From the IMG/VR virus record IMGVR_UViG_3300033076_001137, positions 1 to 64,000 of that record: a stretch of DNA of 64,000 bases. One strand, written 5' to 3'. The notes below the pieces were generated by a model. That model was not told the origin of the DNA. It searched no databases and was given only the letters and a program-made list of their open reading frames with translations. Below are positions 62,869 to 64,000 of the stretch, piece by piece (position 1 is the first letter of the stretch; the number at the start of each line of letters is the position of its first letter). A program made the position numbers and the translations under genes. Origin of the DNA: a virus. Lineage: Duplodnaviria; Caudoviricetes.

Positions 62869-64000
62869 TTAGAAACTCGCGGCGTTTCTTGCTTCAAAGT
62901 CGATTGAGATGAACTCTGCCGACTTTGTGGGCTGGAGGAAGATCTTTCCGCGGATGGTGTTGTTCTCGATGTCTGCCTGCGTTGTCGTTGTCGTATCGAT
63001 CTGAACACGATAACGGTCAACACCACGCTGCTCCTGAACCTGCTTCATGATTGGCGAGACTGCTGCATTGAAGCGCGCGATCGTCGCCTCCCTGTTTGGC
63101 TCAAAGAGGATCGTGTTGGCAACGGCGCGGACGCGACGACGAACTTCGATCAGGAGACGACGAACGTTGATTCGATCGAGCGAGCTACCCTCGGCGAGGA
63201 GAGTGCGCTGACCATTCACGACCGGACCGACGCCTGGCGCAGCAACGAGCGGGTTGATACCAGCGTCATAGACCGTGTCAACGTTCTCGACAAGGAACTT
63301 AGTTCCCAGTTCCTCAACGTTGAGAATGGCGCGGTTGTAACCAGCAGGTGCGGTCCACGCGTATCCGAGAGAATCGTTCTGTGCGAAAGCTCCAAGAACT
63401 GGAACGGAAGCGGGAACTCGAACACGACGTGTTGGGTCAGCGGGAAGTCCCATGACCGCGTCCGGGAAGTAAGCAGCTCCGAAGGAGTTGTTAAGACCAC
63501 GATTCGCGAATCGTGTTGTCGTGTAACTGACGTTGACTGCGGGATACGAGCTAGCCCCAAGAGAAGCAGTGACGAAATTATTCTGGCTGTCCTTGTGCTC
63601 AACGTCCATGATGTAGAGCGCGTCGAAACGTGTCTGCATCGCAGAGAGAGCGTAATCAGTGACAACAGGATGACGTTGTCCTGGGATCGCGAGAAGGTGA
63701 ACATCAGCGAACGATTTCTCGCCCATGATGTCGACCGCCTTCCTGTAAGCAGCGACTGTGGGTCCAGAAAGACCACCCTGGTTCGAGTTGTCCATCTCAC
63801 GACGGACAGCAGCGTCAGTCATGCGGAGCTTATTAGCGTCAAAGATGTTGACACCATCGAATCCACCCTGCATGAATGTTGTGAACTTCAGATAGCTTCT
63901 GACAGATGCATTCGAGAAGTCGGTCGGTGTGGTGATGAATCTTCCACCGATAGAACTATCGATGACACCGTCTCGCTGATACACCGCTTCATCCCAACGC
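62869..64000 (-). CDS. Tail sheath protein, C-terminal part (continues beyond the window)
   Basis: GINPL, GQRTL, SLDRINVRRLL, LFEPN, IFLQPTKSAEFISIDF; frame stays open to the window edge. Confidence 0.92.
   Translation of the reverse strand, partial: RWDEAVYQRDGVIDSSIGGRFITTPTDFSNASVRSYLKFTTFMQGGFDGVNIFDANKLRMTDAAVRREMDNSNQGGLSGPTVAAYRKAVDIMGEKSFADVHLLAIPGQRHPVVTDYALSAMQTRFDALYIMDVEHKDSQNNFVTASLGASSYPAVNVSYTTTRFANRGLNNSFGAAYFPDAVMGLPADPTRRVRVPASVPVLGAFAQNDSLGYAWTAPAGYNRAILNVEELGTKFLVENVDTVYDAGINPLVAAPGVGPVVNGQRTLLAEGSSLDRINVRRLLIEVRRRVRAVANTILFEPNREATIARFNAAVSPIMKQVQEQRGVDRYRVQIDTTTTTQADIENNTIRGKIFLQPTKSAEFISIDFEARNAASF

Overview
A 64-kb segment of a large (jumbo-type) contractile-tailed dsDNA bacteriophage. 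Essentially every gene is on the minus strand; the only convincing plus-strand gene is a Dps/ferritin-like ORF. In order, the window holds: (1) accessory, chaperone and transcription genes (sigma70-family factor lacking region 4.2, GroEL, 5'-3' exonuclease, GIY-YIG and PD-(D/E)XK nucleases); (2) a run of probable virion-internal proteins, including an Fe/Mn SOD and a pterin dehydratase; (3) a nucleotide and DNA-modification operon (dCMP deaminase, DHH esterase, thymidine kinase, cupin, NDP-sugar epimerase, dCMP-type thymidylate-synthase homologue, dNMP kinase, T4 beta-glucosyltransferase-like GT-B) followed by a family C polymerase (dnaE) and a free-standing endonuclease; (4) fibre-like structural proteins; (5) a repair and metabolism block (dCTPase/dUTPase-like, Nei, MBD4-like glycosylase, eukaryote-type phosphomannomutase, ThyX, ClpP, class II RNR); (6) a replication block (helicase, second 5'-3' exonuclease, RecA, gp32-like SSB, minimal family A polymerase); (7) the tail module (baseplate, tape measure, chaperone, tube, partial sheath). 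The best leads are: an in-frame TAA inside an apparent 9-nt insertion in the dnaE PHP motif, with a hairpin and a neighbouring endonuclease (resembling the T4 gene 60/mobA bypass cassette); a probable glycosyl-modified-cytosine pathway with a possible matching deamination-repair glycosylase; a possibly split sigma factor; two frameshift sites; and a repeated ATANTTA promoter-like motif. All family assignments come from motifs recognised by eye; no searches were run.
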